Of a DNA stretch of 64,000 nt, positions 28,231 through 38,464 are shown one piece after another. Source of the stretch: an uncultured Planctomycetales bacterium (GTDB lineage Bacteria > Omnitrophota > Gorgyraeia > Zapsychrales > Fredricksoniimonadaceae); the NCBI GenBank assembly GCA_964572155.1, contig CAZNDZ010000001.1, forward strand, positions 518,518 through 582,517. Direction: 5' to 3'. Positions within the stretch are counted from its first letter, which is position 1; each line of letters starts with the position of its first letter. The position numbers were made by a program, and so were the translations under genes. Under the pieces are notes generated by a model. It made no database searches and was not told the DNA's origin. It worked only from the letters and a program-made list of their open reading frames with translations.

Positions 28231-28935
28231 ATGGAACAAATTAACTTCGACGTACAATTAAGAAAACAATCTGGGTCAGCTGCTGTTCGCAAATTGCGCC
28301 GCACAAATTTGATCCCTGCCATCATTTATGGTGGACAAGATAAACCAACCATGATTCAAGCAGACCGCAAGGCGTATGATCGTATTGCGCGTCAACATGC
28401 CGGTGAAAGTTTGATTTATCATTTAAACGTCATTGATGGTGATAAAAAAGTCGCAGATTTCCCTGCGATCATCAAAGATGTTCAATGGCATCCAGTTTCA
28501 GATCAAGTTTCCCATTTAGATTTCAACCGCATTTCCTTAGATAAGGAAATCGAAATCAAAGTTAAAATCGTTGTCCGTGGTGAATCCATCGGTGTTAAGA
28601 AAGACGGCGGTACCTTGGATCACTCGATCTGGGATTTGGACATTATCTGTTTACCAACTAATATTCCTCATCACATTGAAGTTGATATTTCAAATTTAGG
28701 CATTCATGACGCTATCCACGTTAAGGATTTAGTGTTGCCTAAGGGTGTTACAACCAAACACGACCCTGATTCTGTCGTCGTGTCTGTTGTTGGTTCTATG
28801 CGCGAAGAAGTTGCAACAGCCGAAGCTGAAGCTGGTGCTGCAGAACCAGAAGTTTTGAAGGAAAAGAAGAAGGAAGAAACAGCAGCGTCTGGTGATGCGA
28901 AAAAGGATGCTGGTAAGAAAGACGAAAAGAAATAA
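28231..28935 (+). CDS. rplY: Ribosomal protein bL25 / general stress protein Ctc, with K/E/A-rich C-terminal extension
   Basis: 'GSAAVRKLRRTNLIPAIIYG' matches the L25 N-terminus. Sits in the conserved prs-ctc-pth order. Confidence 0.8.
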   Translation: MEQINFDVQLRKQSGSAAVRKLRRTNLIPAIIYGGQDKPTMIQADRKAYDRIARQHAGESLIYHLNVIDGDKKVADFPAIIKDVQWHPVSDQVSHLDFNRISLDKEIEIKVKIVVRGESIGVKKDGGTLDHSIWDLDIICLPTNIPHHIEVDISNLGIHDAIHVKDLVLPKGVTTKHDPDSVVVSVVGSMREEVATAEAEAGAAEPEVLKEKKKEETAASGDAKKDAGKKDEKK

Positions 28936-28943
28936 GATAAATC

Positions 28944-29525
28944 ATGAAATTAATCGTTGGTCTAGGAAACCCCGGGAAAACGTATACGTATACCCGTCAC
29001 AATATCGGGTTTCTGGTGATCGAACGATTAGCAGAAATATATGGTGGTCGTTTTCAAAAAGCCTGTGATGGTTTAATCGCACGGGTCAATATCGAAGACC
29101 AACCGTGTTCTTTGTTAATGCCGCAAACGATGATGAATAATTCCGGAATATCGGTGAAATCCGCGATGGTAAAATTAGGCGTAGATATGAAGGATGTCTT
29201 AATCGTCTATGACGATATGAGCATCCATTTTGACACCTTAAGGATAAAACCCAGTGGTTCCGCCGGTGGTCATAACGGGATTAAATCGATCATCACACAC
29301 TTAGGTAGTAATGATTTTGCCCGTTTGCGTTTGGGGGTTGGTAAAAAACCTTTGAAAGCCGATGCGGCAGATTATGTTTTAGCAAATTTTACGTCAAGCG
29401 AGAAGAAATCTTTGCCTGACTTTATTAACAAAGCCTCCTTGGGCGCACTTAGCTGGGTGACGCGAGGGGTGGATGCAACCATGAATGAGTTTAACAGTAA
29501 CAGTAAACCAAAGGATCCTGCATGA
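28944..29525 (+). CDS. pth: Peptidyl-tRNA hydrolase (Pth)
   Basis: 'MKLIVGLGNPGKTYTYTRHNIGF' and 'GHNG' motifs. Confidence 0.85.
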   Translation: MKLIVGLGNPGKTYTYTRHNIGFLVIERLAEIYGGRFQKACDGLIARVNIEDQPCSLLMPQTMMNNSGISVKSAMVKLGVDMKDVLIVYDDMSIHFDTLRIKPSGSAGGHNGIKSIITHLGSNDFARLRLGVGKKPLKADAADYVLANFTSSEKKSLPDFINKASLGALSWVTRGVDATMNEFNSNSKPKDPA

Positions 29526-29827
29526 ATAAGTACGAATTCGTTTATATCGTCGACGCACACGCATCACAAAGCGTCAAAGATGACATTGCCAAACAAGTCA
29601 ATGAAGCGCTGGTAAAATCTGGCGTTAAAGTTGTTAATACACAAGTTTGGTTTGAACGTCAAAAAATGAGCTTCTCGATCAATAAAATCTGGGAAGGCAC
29701 ATATTACATGTTGAATTTAGAAGCGCCAGCCTCAGCGTTAACGAAATTGCATGGCTTGCTTCGCATCAATGAGCAAATTTTGCGCTTTTTGACCATCAAG
29801 GTGGAAAAAACAGTCGCATCAGTGTAG
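29522..29827 (+). CDS. rpsF: Ribosomal protein bS6
   Basis: 'YEFVYIV' start. Position upstream of ssb-rpsR-rplI. Confidence 0.75.
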   Translation: MNKYEFVYIVDAHASQSVKDDIAKQVNEALVKSGVKVVNTQVWFERQKMSFSINKIWEGTYYMLNLEAPASALTKLHGLLRINEQILRFLTIKVEKTVASV

Positions 29828-29841
29828 TAAAGGAGTAGAGT

Positions 29842-30273
29842 ATGGCAAGTTTGAACAAAGTTCTTTTGATAGGTAATTTGACCAAAGATCCAGAATTGCG
29901 CTACACACCAAATGGTACAGCAGTAACGAATTTACGTTTGGCGGTTAATCGCAAGTTTAAGGATCGCAGCGGTGAATTAAAAGAAGATACCTGTTTTGTG
30001 ACGGTGACCGCCTGGGATAAGCAAGCAGAAATTTGCAATCAGTATTTGCAAAAGGGACGCGCGGTTTTTGTCGAAGGTATTTTACAAAGCCGTTCTTGGG
30101 AAACAAAAGAAGGTGAAAAACGCAGCACGATCGATGTGCGCGCTGAACGCATACAGTTTTTAAATGGCACAGGTAAAGCAGATGGTGCAAATAATGCCGG
30201 TGCAGATAATAATAAAGATGTTGAACCTCAGGATGAAGTTATCACGCCTGAAGACATTGCTTGGGAGGAATAA
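29842..30273 (+). CDS. ssb: Single-stranded DNA-binding protein (Ssb)
   Basis: '[34 protein letters not shown]' OB fold. Acidic C-terminal tail. Confidence 0.85.
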   Translation: MASLNKVLLIGNLTKDPELRYTPNGTAVTNLRLAVNRKFKDRSGELKEDTCFVTVTAWDKQAEICNQYLQKGRAVFVEGILQSRSWETKEGEKRSTIDVRAERIQFLNGTGKADGANNAGADNNKDVEPQDEVITPEDIAWEE

Positions 30274-30275
30274 AA

Positions 30276-30584
30276 ATGGAAGAACGTAGAGGTGGAAGAT
30301 TTGACAAGGGTGAACGTAAGCATGGTACTAAACGTGATGCCGAAGGCGGATTCCGTCGTGGTGGCAACAGTGCTCATCGCACACCACGTGTGAGTATCCC
30401 TAAAGGTACTGAAATTAGCTACAAGAATTTACCATTGTTACAAAAATGTTTAACAGAACGCGGTAAGTTATTATCTCGCCGTTTAACCAGTAGCTCTGCC
30501 AAACAACAACGTTTGCTTAGCATGGCGGTCAAGCGTGCAAGATTCTTAGGTTTATTACCGTCTGGTTCATCAACACACAAATAA
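30276..30584 (+). CDS. rpsR: Ribosomal protein bS18
   Basis: '[49 protein letters not shown]'. Start moved to ATG 30276, which has a GGAGG RBS; this is 15 nt inside the track call. Confidence 0.8.
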   Translation: MEERRGGRFDKGERKHGTKRDAEGGFRRGGNSAHRTPRVSIPKGTEISYKNLPLLQKCLTERGKLLSRRLTSSSAKQQRLLSMAVKRARFLGLLPSGSSTHK

Positions 30585-30602
30585 GCATCAGGGGAGTTTA
30601 TC

Positions 30603-31046
30603 ATGCAAGTTATTTTAATGGAAAATGTTGAAAATTTAGGCAAAGTCGGCGAAGTTGTAAAAGTCAAAGACGGTTATGCCCGTAATTTCTTGTTCCCTCG
30701 TGAAAAAGCGATGGAAGCAACTGCAGGTAACGTCAAACGCATTGAAAAAGAAAAAGTAAAACGTTTGGCGCAATACGAAGAAGATCGTAAAGCTGCTCAA
30801 AAACAAGCCGATGTATTAAGCAAGTTGTCTTTAACCATTGCCGTTGAAGTCAACGACCAAGAAAAGCTTTATGGTGCGATCTCTGAAGCTGAAATCGTCA
30901 AGGCGTTTGATGCTGAAGGTAAGAAAGTTGAAAAGAAAACATTGGTGATTGAAAAAGCCATTGAGGAATTAGGCATTTTTGAAGTTGGTGTAAAACTACA
31001 TCCAGAAGTGATTGCCAAAGTCCGTTTATGGGTAACCAAGAAGTAA
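30603..31046 (+). CDS. rplI: Ribosomal protein bL9
   Basis: 'MQVILMENVENLGKVGEVVKVKDGYARNFL'. Confidence 0.85.
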   Translation: MQVILMENVENLGKVGEVVKVKDGYARNFLFPREKAMEATAGNVKRIEKEKVKRLAQYEEDRKAAQKQADVLSKLSLTIAVEVNDQEKLYGAISEAEIVKAFDAEGKKVEKKTLVIEKAIEELGIFEVGVKLHPEVIAKVRLWVTKK

Positions 31047-32365
31047 GAATACCGCCCCAAAACATTGAAGCTGAAAAAGCGGTTTTGGGAGCAATGATGT
31101 TAAGCGATGAAGCTATCGGGACTGCCCTCGAGCACCTCGATAGCTTTTATTTTTATGAGACGCGCCATCAGAAATTATATGATGGTATCCGCGACTTATA
31201 CGCCGAACGCCGCCAAGTCGATTTAATCACCTTAACCGATTATTTAAAAAACAAAGGCATTTTTGAAGCCATTGGCGGCAAGAGTTACTTGATGGAAATC
31301 GCGGACTTTGTACCCACCGCCGCGAACGCCAAATATTACATTGATATCATCAAAGAAAAAGGCATTCAACGCCAATTGATCAAAAACTCGACGGAAATTA
31401 TTTCCAAGAGCTATGGTGTGGATGTCAATATTGATGAGTTGGTTGATACCGCCGAACAATTGATTTTTGAGATTGCAACTGCCAAACAAAAGCAACAAGC
31501 TGTGCCGGTTAAAGATTTAGTCAAAGCCGCCATTGAAAATATTGATAGTTTATACCAACGCAAGCAAGCCATCACCGGTGTTCCGACGGGATTTGTTGAT
31601 TTTGATAAGATGACCTCAGGGTTACAACGTTCTGATTTAATCATCATCGCTGGTCGTCCGTCGATGGGTAAAAGTGCGTTTGCCGTCACCATCGGGGAAA
31701 ATGCTGCGGTTGATCATAAAATCCCTGTCGCTATTTTTTCACTGGAAATGTCAAAAGAGCAGTTGGTCCAGCGTATGCTGTGTTCTCAAGCGATGGTGGA
31801 TGCCAATAAAGTGCGCACAGGCATGTTATCACCCTCCGATTGGCCACATTTGACCAAGGCTGCTGGTAAGTTGTCTAGTGTGCCCATCTTTATCGATGAT
31901 ACACCCGCCATCTCAGTTTTGGAGTTGCGTGCTAAAGCCCGACGTTTAAAAGCACAGCACAATATTGGCCTGATCATTGTCGACTACTTGCAGCTCATGA
32001 ATAGTTCCGCTAAGGGGGAAAGTCGCCAACAAGAAATCTCCGAAATCTCTAGAAGTTTAAAGGCTTTAGCGCGTGAACTCCGAGTTCCATTGATTGCGAT
32101 CAGTCAGTTGTCCCGTGCCGTTGAAAGTCGCCAAGATCATCGCCCGCAATTGTCTGATTTGCGTGAATCTGGGGCCATTGAACAGGATGCGGACGTGGTT
32201 GTTTTGCTCATGCGCGAAGAGTATTACGTACCAACAGAAGAAAACCGCGGCATTGCCGAGGCCATCATCGCCAAACAACGTAACGGCCCGACGGGATCGG
32301 TCAAAATGAAATTCTTTAAAGAATATATCAAATTTGTTAATTTAGAGTTATCGCACGCGCAATAA
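31028..32365 (+). CDS. dnaB: Replicative DNA helicase DnaB
   Basis: 'PQNIEAEKAVLGAMML', Walker A 'GRPSMGKSAF' and the RecA-like C-terminal domain. No intein is apparent. Confidence 0.9.
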   Translation: MGNQEVRIPPQNIEAEKAVLGAMMLSDEAIGTALEHLDSFYFYETRHQKLYDGIRDLYAERRQVDLITLTDYLKNKGIFEAIGGKSYLMEIADFVPTAANAKYYIDIIKEKGIQRQLIKNSTEIISKSYGVDVNIDELVDTAEQLIFEIATAKQKQQAVPVKDLVKAAIENIDSLYQRKQAITGVPTGFVDFDKMTSGLQRSDLIIIAGRPSMGKSAFAVTIGENAAVDHKIPVAIFSLEMSKEQLVQRMLCSQAMVDANKVRTGMLSPSDWPHLTKAAGKLSSVPIFIDDTPAISVLELRAKARRLKAQHNIGLIIVDYLQLMNSSAKGESRQQEISEISRSLKALARELRVPLIAISQLSRAVESRQDHRPQLSDLRESGAIEQDADVVVLLMREEYYVPTEENRGIAEAIIAKQRNGPTGSVKMKFFKEYIKFVNLELSHAQ

Positions 32366-32379
32366 TTTTTGTTTCTTAA

Positions 32380-32408
32380 TTGACAGGATAAACCCCAACA
32401 CATATAAT
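32380..32408 (+). promoter_or_regulatory. Consensus sigma70 promoter (TTGACA-17 nt-TATAAT) immediately upstream of bamA
   Basis: Exact TTGACA at 32380-32385, a 17-nt spacer and TATAAT at 32403-32408. The ATG lies at 32415, so the predicted TSS is at or within a few nt of the start codon. Confidence 0.55.
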
Positions 32409-32414
32409 CACACC

Positions 32415-34820
32415 ATGCCTAAAAAATCACTCACATCCCTATTCTTTTTATTGTCCATTCTCATTTTAGCAGACGTTAAAACCACGTTGGCCCAAGAAGT
32501 TGCAGCAGATGCAACTGTTGAAGCGCCCTCGATGGAATTGAAGCAAGAAAGTCCAGCAGCGGCGGTCACCATGCCCTCCGAAGCGGCCCCAACCGCAAAG
32601 ATGGTTAAGTCAATTGATATCGTTGGCAATAAGTCTATTGGTATCACCCAAATTTTAGCGAAGATCAAGACCCGCGTTGGTCAAGAATATGTTGAAAATA
32701 TCGTTAGTGATGATTTAAAGCGTTTATATAATACTGGCCATTTTTCTGATGTTCAAATTGACCATCAAGATTTAGATGGTGGTTACAAAGTGATTGTTAA
32801 GCTCAAAGAAAAGCCCATCATCGAAGAAGTCACTTTCTCAAAATTGCGTTACTACAATAAGAAATTTATCGAAAGCAAAATCAAGACCAAGAAAGATAAA
32901 TTCTTAGATAACAAAACCCTTAAAGATGACATCAACATCATCGAAGATTTGTACAAGAAGAAGGGTTTGACCCAAGTTAAAGTGGATGTGGAAACATTCA
33001 TGGATGAAACAACCAACAAGGCAACGTTGCATTTTATCATCCGCGAAGGTTTTCGCATGAAGATAAAGCGCATCAATGTCTATGGCAACACCGCTTACCG
33101 TGATGAAAAGATCATCAAGGCCATGAAATCCCGTCCAGCTTGGTTATTTAATTCTGGGTTCCTCAAAGAAGAAGATTTAGAAGAAGATATGAACAAGGTT
33201 CAAGCCTTTTACGAACAAAACGGATACATTGACGCTAAAGCTTCATATAAAGTAGATCCGTTGTATAAGGGATTGGTGAATGTCGATGTTAGCGTTGAAG
33301 AAGGCAAACGTTATTACGTAGGTGATTTGGCCCTCGATGGTAATGCCGTCTTGTCTGAGCTTGATATCAAGACTAAGATCAAGAATATGCGCGAAGGCAA
33401 TGTCTTTAGCCGTGAGAAATTACAAGATGACGTGGCTGCAGTACGAGATGCTTATTTTGATCGTGGGTATATTTCTGCAACGGTTGTTGATGCAACATCA
33501 TTTAATTCTGAATCTGGTCGCGTTGACGTGAAATTATCTGTCAAAGAAGGCAAGTTGGCCTACATTGATAAAATTAAGATTCAAGGTAATGCCACCACAC
33601 GTGACATTGTTATCCGTCGTGAGTTGCGCATGTATCCAGGGGATCAATTCGATGGTGCCAAATTACGTAAATCAAAAGATCGTTTGCGCAATTTAGGTTA
33701 TTTCGAAGATGTGGGTTATGACATCGAAGATACAACCCAAGAAGACCAAAAGGATTTAGTTGTCCAAGTTAAAGAAGCCAAAACAGGCAGCTTCTCGTTT
33801 GGTGGTGGGTATAGTACCGTTGACAAATTGGTCGGCTTTATCGAATTGGAACAAAAGAATTTCGATATTGCGAACTGGCCTTCCTTTACAGGTGGTGGTC
33901 AAGACTTACGTATCCGTGGTGAAGTTGGGTCTTCACGTCAAAATGCAGAGTTAAGCTTTACCGAACCATGGGTGTTTGATTATCCTGTATCTGCTGGCTT
34001 TGACTTGTTTGTCACCAGCTTAAAGAAAGACAGTTCCACAGGGTATGCCTATGACGAACGTCGTACGGGTGGTGATTTACGTTTAGGTAAAAGCTTTAAC
34101 GATAATTTTAATATTGGTGGTTATTATCGTTTAGAACAAATCAAAATCAACAACCTTGATTCCAATGTGTCTGCAGATTTAGCGGCGGAAGAAGGTACAA
34201 ATGTGGTCAGTTCTGTTGGTGTGTCGAGCACCAATGATTATCGCGACAGTCCAATTATACCAACAACAGGTTTCACATGGCGCAATAGTGCTGACTTAGC
34301 GGGTGGTGCATTTGGTGGCGATAAAGATTTCTATCGCTTACAAACACAAGGAAATTATTACGCACCATTTAGATTCGATGAATTGTTAACAGTTTTAGAA
34401 GTTAGCGGTAAGACAGGTATTGTAAAAGCGTATGATAGTACGGCGCGCGTGCCTATCTTTGAACGTTACTTCGCTGGTGGTGCTAATACCATCCGTGGTT
34501 ACAACGAACGTAAAGTAGGTCCTTTGGATTCAAATACAAATGATCCTATCGGTGGTGAAACCATCTTGGTGGGTAGTGCAGAATACACCGTGCCGATCAT
34601 AGAAGTCATCAAAGCTGCTGTATTCTTCGACGTGGGTAATGTTTGGTCGAAGGCAAGTGATTGGGGCAGTGGCGGGATGAAGTCTGGTACAGGTTTAGGC
34701 TTACGCGTTAAGACGCCGATTGGTCCGCTAAAATTAGATTATGGCGTGCCATTGAGTAAAGAAGAAGGCGAAGAAAAGAAGAGCGGCAAGTTCTATTTCA
34801 GTGTCAGTCGAGGATTTTAA
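32415..34820 (+). CDS. bamA: Outer membrane protein assembly factor BamA
   Basis: Signal peptide, low-complexity linker and POTRA repeats. C-terminal Omp85 beta-barrel ending in an aromatic residue ('SVSRGF'). Confidence 0.85.
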   Translation: MPKKSLTSLFFLLSILILADVKTTLAQEVAADATVEAPSMELKQESPAAAVTMPSEAAPTAKMVKSIDIVGNKSIGITQILAKIKTRVGQEYVENIVSDDLKRLYNTGHFSDVQIDHQDLDGGYKVIVKLKEKPIIEEVTFSKLRYYNKKFIESKIKTKKDKFLDNKTLKDDINIIEDLYKKKGLTQVKVDVETFMDETTNKATLHFIIREGFRMKIKRINVYGNTAYRDEKIIKAMKSRPAWLFNSGFLKEEDLEEDMNKVQAFYEQNGYIDAKASYKVDPLYKGLVNVDVSVEEGKRYYVGDLALDGNAVLSELDIKTKIKNMREGNVFSREKLQDDVAAVRDAYFDRGYISATVVDATSFNSESGRVDVKLSVKEGKLAYIDKIKIQGNATTRDIVIRRELRMYPGDQFDGAKLRKSKDRLRNLGYFEDVGYDIEDTTQEDQKDLVVQVKEAKTGSFSFGGGYSTVDKLVGFIELEQKNFDIANWPSFTGGGQDLRIRGEVGSSRQNAELSFTEPWVFDYPVSAGFDLFVTSLKKDSSTGYAYDERRTGGDLRLGKSFNDNFNIGGYYRLEQIKINNLDSNVSADLAAEEGTNVVSSVGVSSTNDYRDSPIIPTTGFTWRNSADLAGGAFGGDKDFYRLQTQGNYYAPFRFDELLTVLEVSGKTGIVKAYDSTARVPIFERYFAGGANTIRGYNERKVGPLDSNTNDPIGGETILVGSAEYTVPIIEVIKAAVFFDVGNVWSKASDWGSGGMKSGTGLGLRVKTPIGPLKLDYGVPLSKEEGEEKKSGKFYFSVSRGF

Positions 34821-34835
34821 ACATAGGAGGATAGT

Positions 34836-35339
34836 ATGAAAGTCGCACGTATTTTAAGTATCATGGTTGTAGGTTTAATGATCACCAGTGCAGCATTTGC
34901 TAAAGATATGAAAATCGGCTACGTTGATTTAAGCCGCTTATTTGATAATTACCAAAAGACAAAAGAATTCGATGCGCAATTGCAACGCCAAGGTGAATCA
35001 TTCACCAAGGATCGCGACGGCATGATTGCAAAGATCCGCGATGCCCAAGGCAAGTTGGCGTTACTCAAAGAAGATGAAAAGAACAAGTTAAACGATAGCA
35101 TTGAAAAACAAAAAGCCGATTTGATCGAATATGATAAACAAAAACGCACAGAATTGGCCAAGCAACGTGATGAAAAAGTCCGCGAGATCTTGCTTGAGAT
35201 TGAAAAGATCGTCAGCGACATGGCTAAAAGAGAAGGTTATGATTATATCTTAAATGACCGTGTTTTAGTGTATGGCGATCAAACACAAAATATTACTGAT
35301 AAAGTGTTAAAGATTTTAAACGATAGTTACAAAAAATAA
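34836..35339 (+). CDS. skp: Periplasmic chaperone Skp/OmpH
   Basis: Signal peptide plus coiled-coil. Position between bamA and lpxD. Confidence 0.75.
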   Translation: MKVARILSIMVVGLMITSAAFAKDMKIGYVDLSRLFDNYQKTKEFDAQLQRQGESFTKDRDGMIAKIRDAQGKLALLKEDEKNKLNDSIEKQKADLIEYDKQKRTELAKQRDEKVREILLEIEKIVSDMAKREGYDYILNDRVLVYGDQTQNITDKVLKILNDSYKK

Positions 35340-35344
35340 TATTT

Positions 35345-36373
35345 ATGCATACAACCGTTGCCGAAATTGCCAATCTTATAGGCGGCCAGATCGTCGGTGA
35401 TGGTAATGTGAAGATCCAAGCATGCGCAGGTATTCACGAAGCAAAAAACGGGCATTTGACGTTTATTATCAGTGAAAAATATTTGCCGCAAGCTTTAAAG
35501 ACAGAAGCTTCAGCAGTCATTATTCCCCGACAGATGTCCTTGCCGGGGAAAACTGTTATTAGGGTCGACAATCCATCACTAGCTTTTACGTTGGTCCTAA
35601 AAGATTTCCTTAAAGATATTCCAAGCTCTCATCCTGTAGGCATTCATCCAACAGCGGTGATTGATCCAAGCGCGCGCATTGGTCGTGATGTTGCCATGGG
35701 GCCTTATGTTGTCATTGACAAAGGGGCTGTCATCGGTGATCGGACGATTCTTTATGCCCATAGTTATATTGGCCCTCGAACACATGTTGGTGCGGATTGT
35801 TTATTTTACGCACATGTAAACATTCGTGAAGATATTCACATAGGTAATCGCGTCATCATCCAACAAGGCGCTGTTATCGGCAGCGATGGTTATGGCTATG
35901 TGATGATGGATGGTCGTCATGAAAAGATCCCGCAAATTGGAACAGTTGTTATTGAAGATGATGTGGAGATAGGTGCGAATGCGGCCATTGATCGTGCGCG
36001 TTTTGAGAAAACCATTATTGGTGAAGGCACTAAAATCGATAACTTGGTACATATTGCCCATAACGTCATTACAGGCAAGCATTGTTTAATCATTGCCCAA
36101 GCTGGTGTTTCTGGCAGCGCTCGCTTAGGAAATTATGTTATACTTGCAGGTCAAGTAGGGGTGGTTGGCCATTTGACCATTGGCGATGGTGCTATTGTGA
36201 CGGCACAATCGGGGGTAAGTAAATCAATTAAGGCGGGTGAACAAGTGTTTGGTTCACCGGCACAGCCTATAAAACAAGCATTTATCACCAACGCGCATAT
36301 CCAACGTCTGGATCATTATGCCAAGACGATCAAAGAATTAAAACAGCGTGTGGATGCCTTAGAAAAGCGGTAA
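35345..36373 (+). CDS. lpxD: UDP-3-O-acylglucosamine N-acyltransferase (LpxD)
   Basis: Hexapeptide repeats. N-terminal LpxD domain 'IAELIGGQIVGDGNVKI'. Confidence 0.85.
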   Translation: MHTTVAEIANLIGGQIVGDGNVKIQACAGIHEAKNGHLTFIISEKYLPQALKTEASAVIIPRQMSLPGKTVIRVDNPSLAFTLVLKDFLKDIPSSHPVGIHPTAVIDPSARIGRDVAMGPYVVIDKGAVIGDRTILYAHSYIGPRTHVGADCLFYAHVNIREDIHIGNRVIIQQGAVIGSDGYGYVMMDGRHEKIPQIGTVVIEDDVEIGANAAIDRARFEKTIIGEGTKIDNLVHIAHNVITGKHCLIIAQAGVSGSARLGNYVILAGQVGVVGHLTIGDGAIVTAQSGVSKSIKAGEQVFGSPAQPIKQAFITNAHIQRLDHYAKTIKELKQRVDALEKR

Positions 36374-37659
36374 TGAAACAAAAATCAATTAAGTCAGATG
36401 TAAAGCTTTCAGGAGTTGGTTTGCATTCTGGAAAGAATGCCACCGTCACCATAAAGCCCGCGGCACAAGATCAAGGCATTGTTTTTAAGCGCACGGATTT
36501 GGTTAAGGTTGTGTCGATCCCGTTGGTGCCCTCAAGTGTTTTGCGGGATGAGAATGTTACCCGCTGTACGGCCATTTGTGCTAATGGTGCCAGTGTTTAT
36601 ACGATCGAACATTTGTTGGCGGCGTTGCATGCGTTGGGCATTGATAATGTGACGGTTGAGATTGACGCCGAAGAAATGCCAGGGATGGACGGCAGTTCTT
36701 TAGAATTTGTTAAAGCCTTACAACGTGCAGGGATTGTTGAGCAAGATGCGCCAAAGCAATACATTACCGTCACGGTGCCAATCACCGTCAGCAAAGGTGA
36801 TGCATCAGTTACCATTTTACCCGCGGATGATTTTAAGGTATCATATACCTTAGATTACAATCATCCGGCTTTACCGTTACAAACATTTGAGATGCCTGTT
36901 AATGCGGCGTCATTTGAAAAAGATATAGCACCGGCGCGGACATTTTGTTTAAAAGAAGAGATCGATGTTATCCGCAGCAAAGGTTTGGGCAAAGGGGCCA
37001 ATGAGCAAAACACCTTGGTCATGACCACAGATGGGCCGGTGGGCAATACCTTGCGGTTTAAAGATGAGTGCGCGCGCCATAAAGCCTTGGATATCGTCGG
37101 AGATATATTTTTGTTGGGTTGCCCAGTACGTGGCCATGTGATTGGCAATAAAAGTGGGCATGCGTTAAATCGAAAGTTAGTTGAGAAAATCATGGAGCAG
37201 AATATGAGTACAAAAGTTTACGATATTAATGAGATCATGAAAATTTTGCCGCACCGTTATCCGTTTTTATTGGTTGATCGTGTGACAATCACCGAGCCGG
37301 GTAAAAAAGGTGTTGGGCTAAAGAATGTAACGATTAATGATGGTTTCTTCGCTGGTCATTTCCCTCAACGTCCGGTCATGCCAGGCGTTTTGATGGTGGA
37401 AGCTTTAGCACAAACCGCAGGTGTTGTTGTATTAACCAGCGGCGCGCACCCTGATAAAGTCGCATTGTTCATGTCGATCGAAGGTGTTAAATTTCGTAAA
37501 GTTGTATCCCCCGGTGATCAGCTAATGTTGGAAGTTGAAATCATCCGCGATCGTGAACGCACCTCTCAAGTTAAGGGTATAGGTAAGGTTGATGGGGAAG
37601 TTGTTGTTGAAGCAGAAATGTTATTCTCATACACCGATGTGGAGTATTTAAATAAATAA
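36373..37659 (+). CDS. lpxC-fabZ: Bifunctional LpxC (UDP-3-O-acyl-GlcNAc deacetylase) / FabZ fusion
   Basis: N-terminal 'VKLSGVGLHSGK' LpxC start. C-terminal 'ILPHRYPFLLVDRV ... DGFFAGHFPQRPVMPGVLMVEALAQ' FabZ hot-dog fold. Confidence 0.85.
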   Translation: MKQKSIKSDVKLSGVGLHSGKNATVTIKPAAQDQGIVFKRTDLVKVVSIPLVPSSVLRDENVTRCTAICANGASVYTIEHLLAALHALGIDNVTVEIDAEEMPGMDGSSLEFVKALQRAGIVEQDAPKQYITVTVPITVSKGDASVTILPADDFKVSYTLDYNHPALPLQTFEMPVNAASFEKDIAPARTFCLKEEIDVIRSKGLGKGANEQNTLVMTTDGPVGNTLRFKDECARHKALDIVGDIFLLGCPVRGHVIGNKSGHALNRKLVEKIMEQNMSTKVYDINEIMKILPHRYPFLLVDRVTITEPGKKGVGLKNVTINDGFFAGHFPQRPVMPGVLMVEALAQTAGVVVLTSGAHPDKVALFMSIEGVKFRKVVSPGDQLMLEVEIIRDRERTSQVKGIGKVDGEVVVEAEMLFSYTDVEYLNK

Positions 37660-37663
37660 TTTT

Positions 37664-38464
37664 ATGTCGAGCCAAACGCAATATATGCCAAATCAAATTC
37701 ATCCGACGGCGATTGTAAGTAAAGACGCTGTGTTGGGCAATAATGTTACGATCGGTCCCTATGCGGTCATCAATGGCCCAGTTGTTTTAGGGGACAATGT
37801 TGTTGTAGGCGCACATTGCGTGGTTGAAGGTTGGACCACGATTGGGCGTAATTCCCAGCTTTTTACCGGCGCTGTCATCGGTAGTCCGCCGCAAGATAAA
37901 AAGCATGACATGAATCATAAGGTGTATTTGAAGATCGGTGAGAATAATATCTTCCGTGAGTATGTGACGGTCAATCCAGGGACCATCGACGGTGGTGGAG
38001 AGACCATCATCGGGGATGGGAATTTATTCATGGCCTGTTGCCATGTGGCGCATGATTGTCATGTGGGTAGTCATTGCATTTTAGCAAACTATGTTGGTTT
38101 ATCAGGGCACGTGACGATCGAAGATCGTGCGGTCATCGGCGGGTTGTCTGGTATTCATCAACATGCACGCGTCGGCTTCTTGTCGATCATTGGCGGTTGT
38201 TCTAAAGTCAATCAAGATGTGCCGCCCTATTGCATGGTCGATGGTAATCCTGCGACGCTGCGTACTTTAAACGTGGTCGGATTAAAGCGTGCGGGTATTT
38301 CTTCGCAAACAAGTTTGGCGCTACGTCGGGCGATTAAGATTTTATTTACGTCGGGCTTAGCACGCACCAATGCGTTAGCTCAAGTAAAAGAACAAATGGC
38401 GGACATTCCAGAAGTTCAACGTTTAATCGGCTTTGTCGAAAACTCTAAACGTGGCATCTCCTAA
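37664..38464 (+). CDS. lpxA: UDP-GlcNAc acyltransferase (LpxA)
   Basis: 'IHPTAIVSKDAVLGNNVTIGPYAVI' hexapeptides plus the C-terminal alpha-helical domain. Confidence 0.85.
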   Translation: MSSQTQYMPNQIHPTAIVSKDAVLGNNVTIGPYAVINGPVVLGDNVVVGAHCVVEGWTTIGRNSQLFTGAVIGSPPQDKKHDMNHKVYLKIGENNIFREYVTVNPGTIDGGGETIIGDGNLFMACCHVAHDCHVGSHCILANYVGLSGHVTIEDRAVIGGLSGIHQHARVGFLSIIGGCSKVNQDVPPYCMVDGNPATLRTLNVVGLKRAGISSQTSLALRRAIKILFTSGLARTNALAQVKEQMADIPEVQRLIGFVENSKRGIS

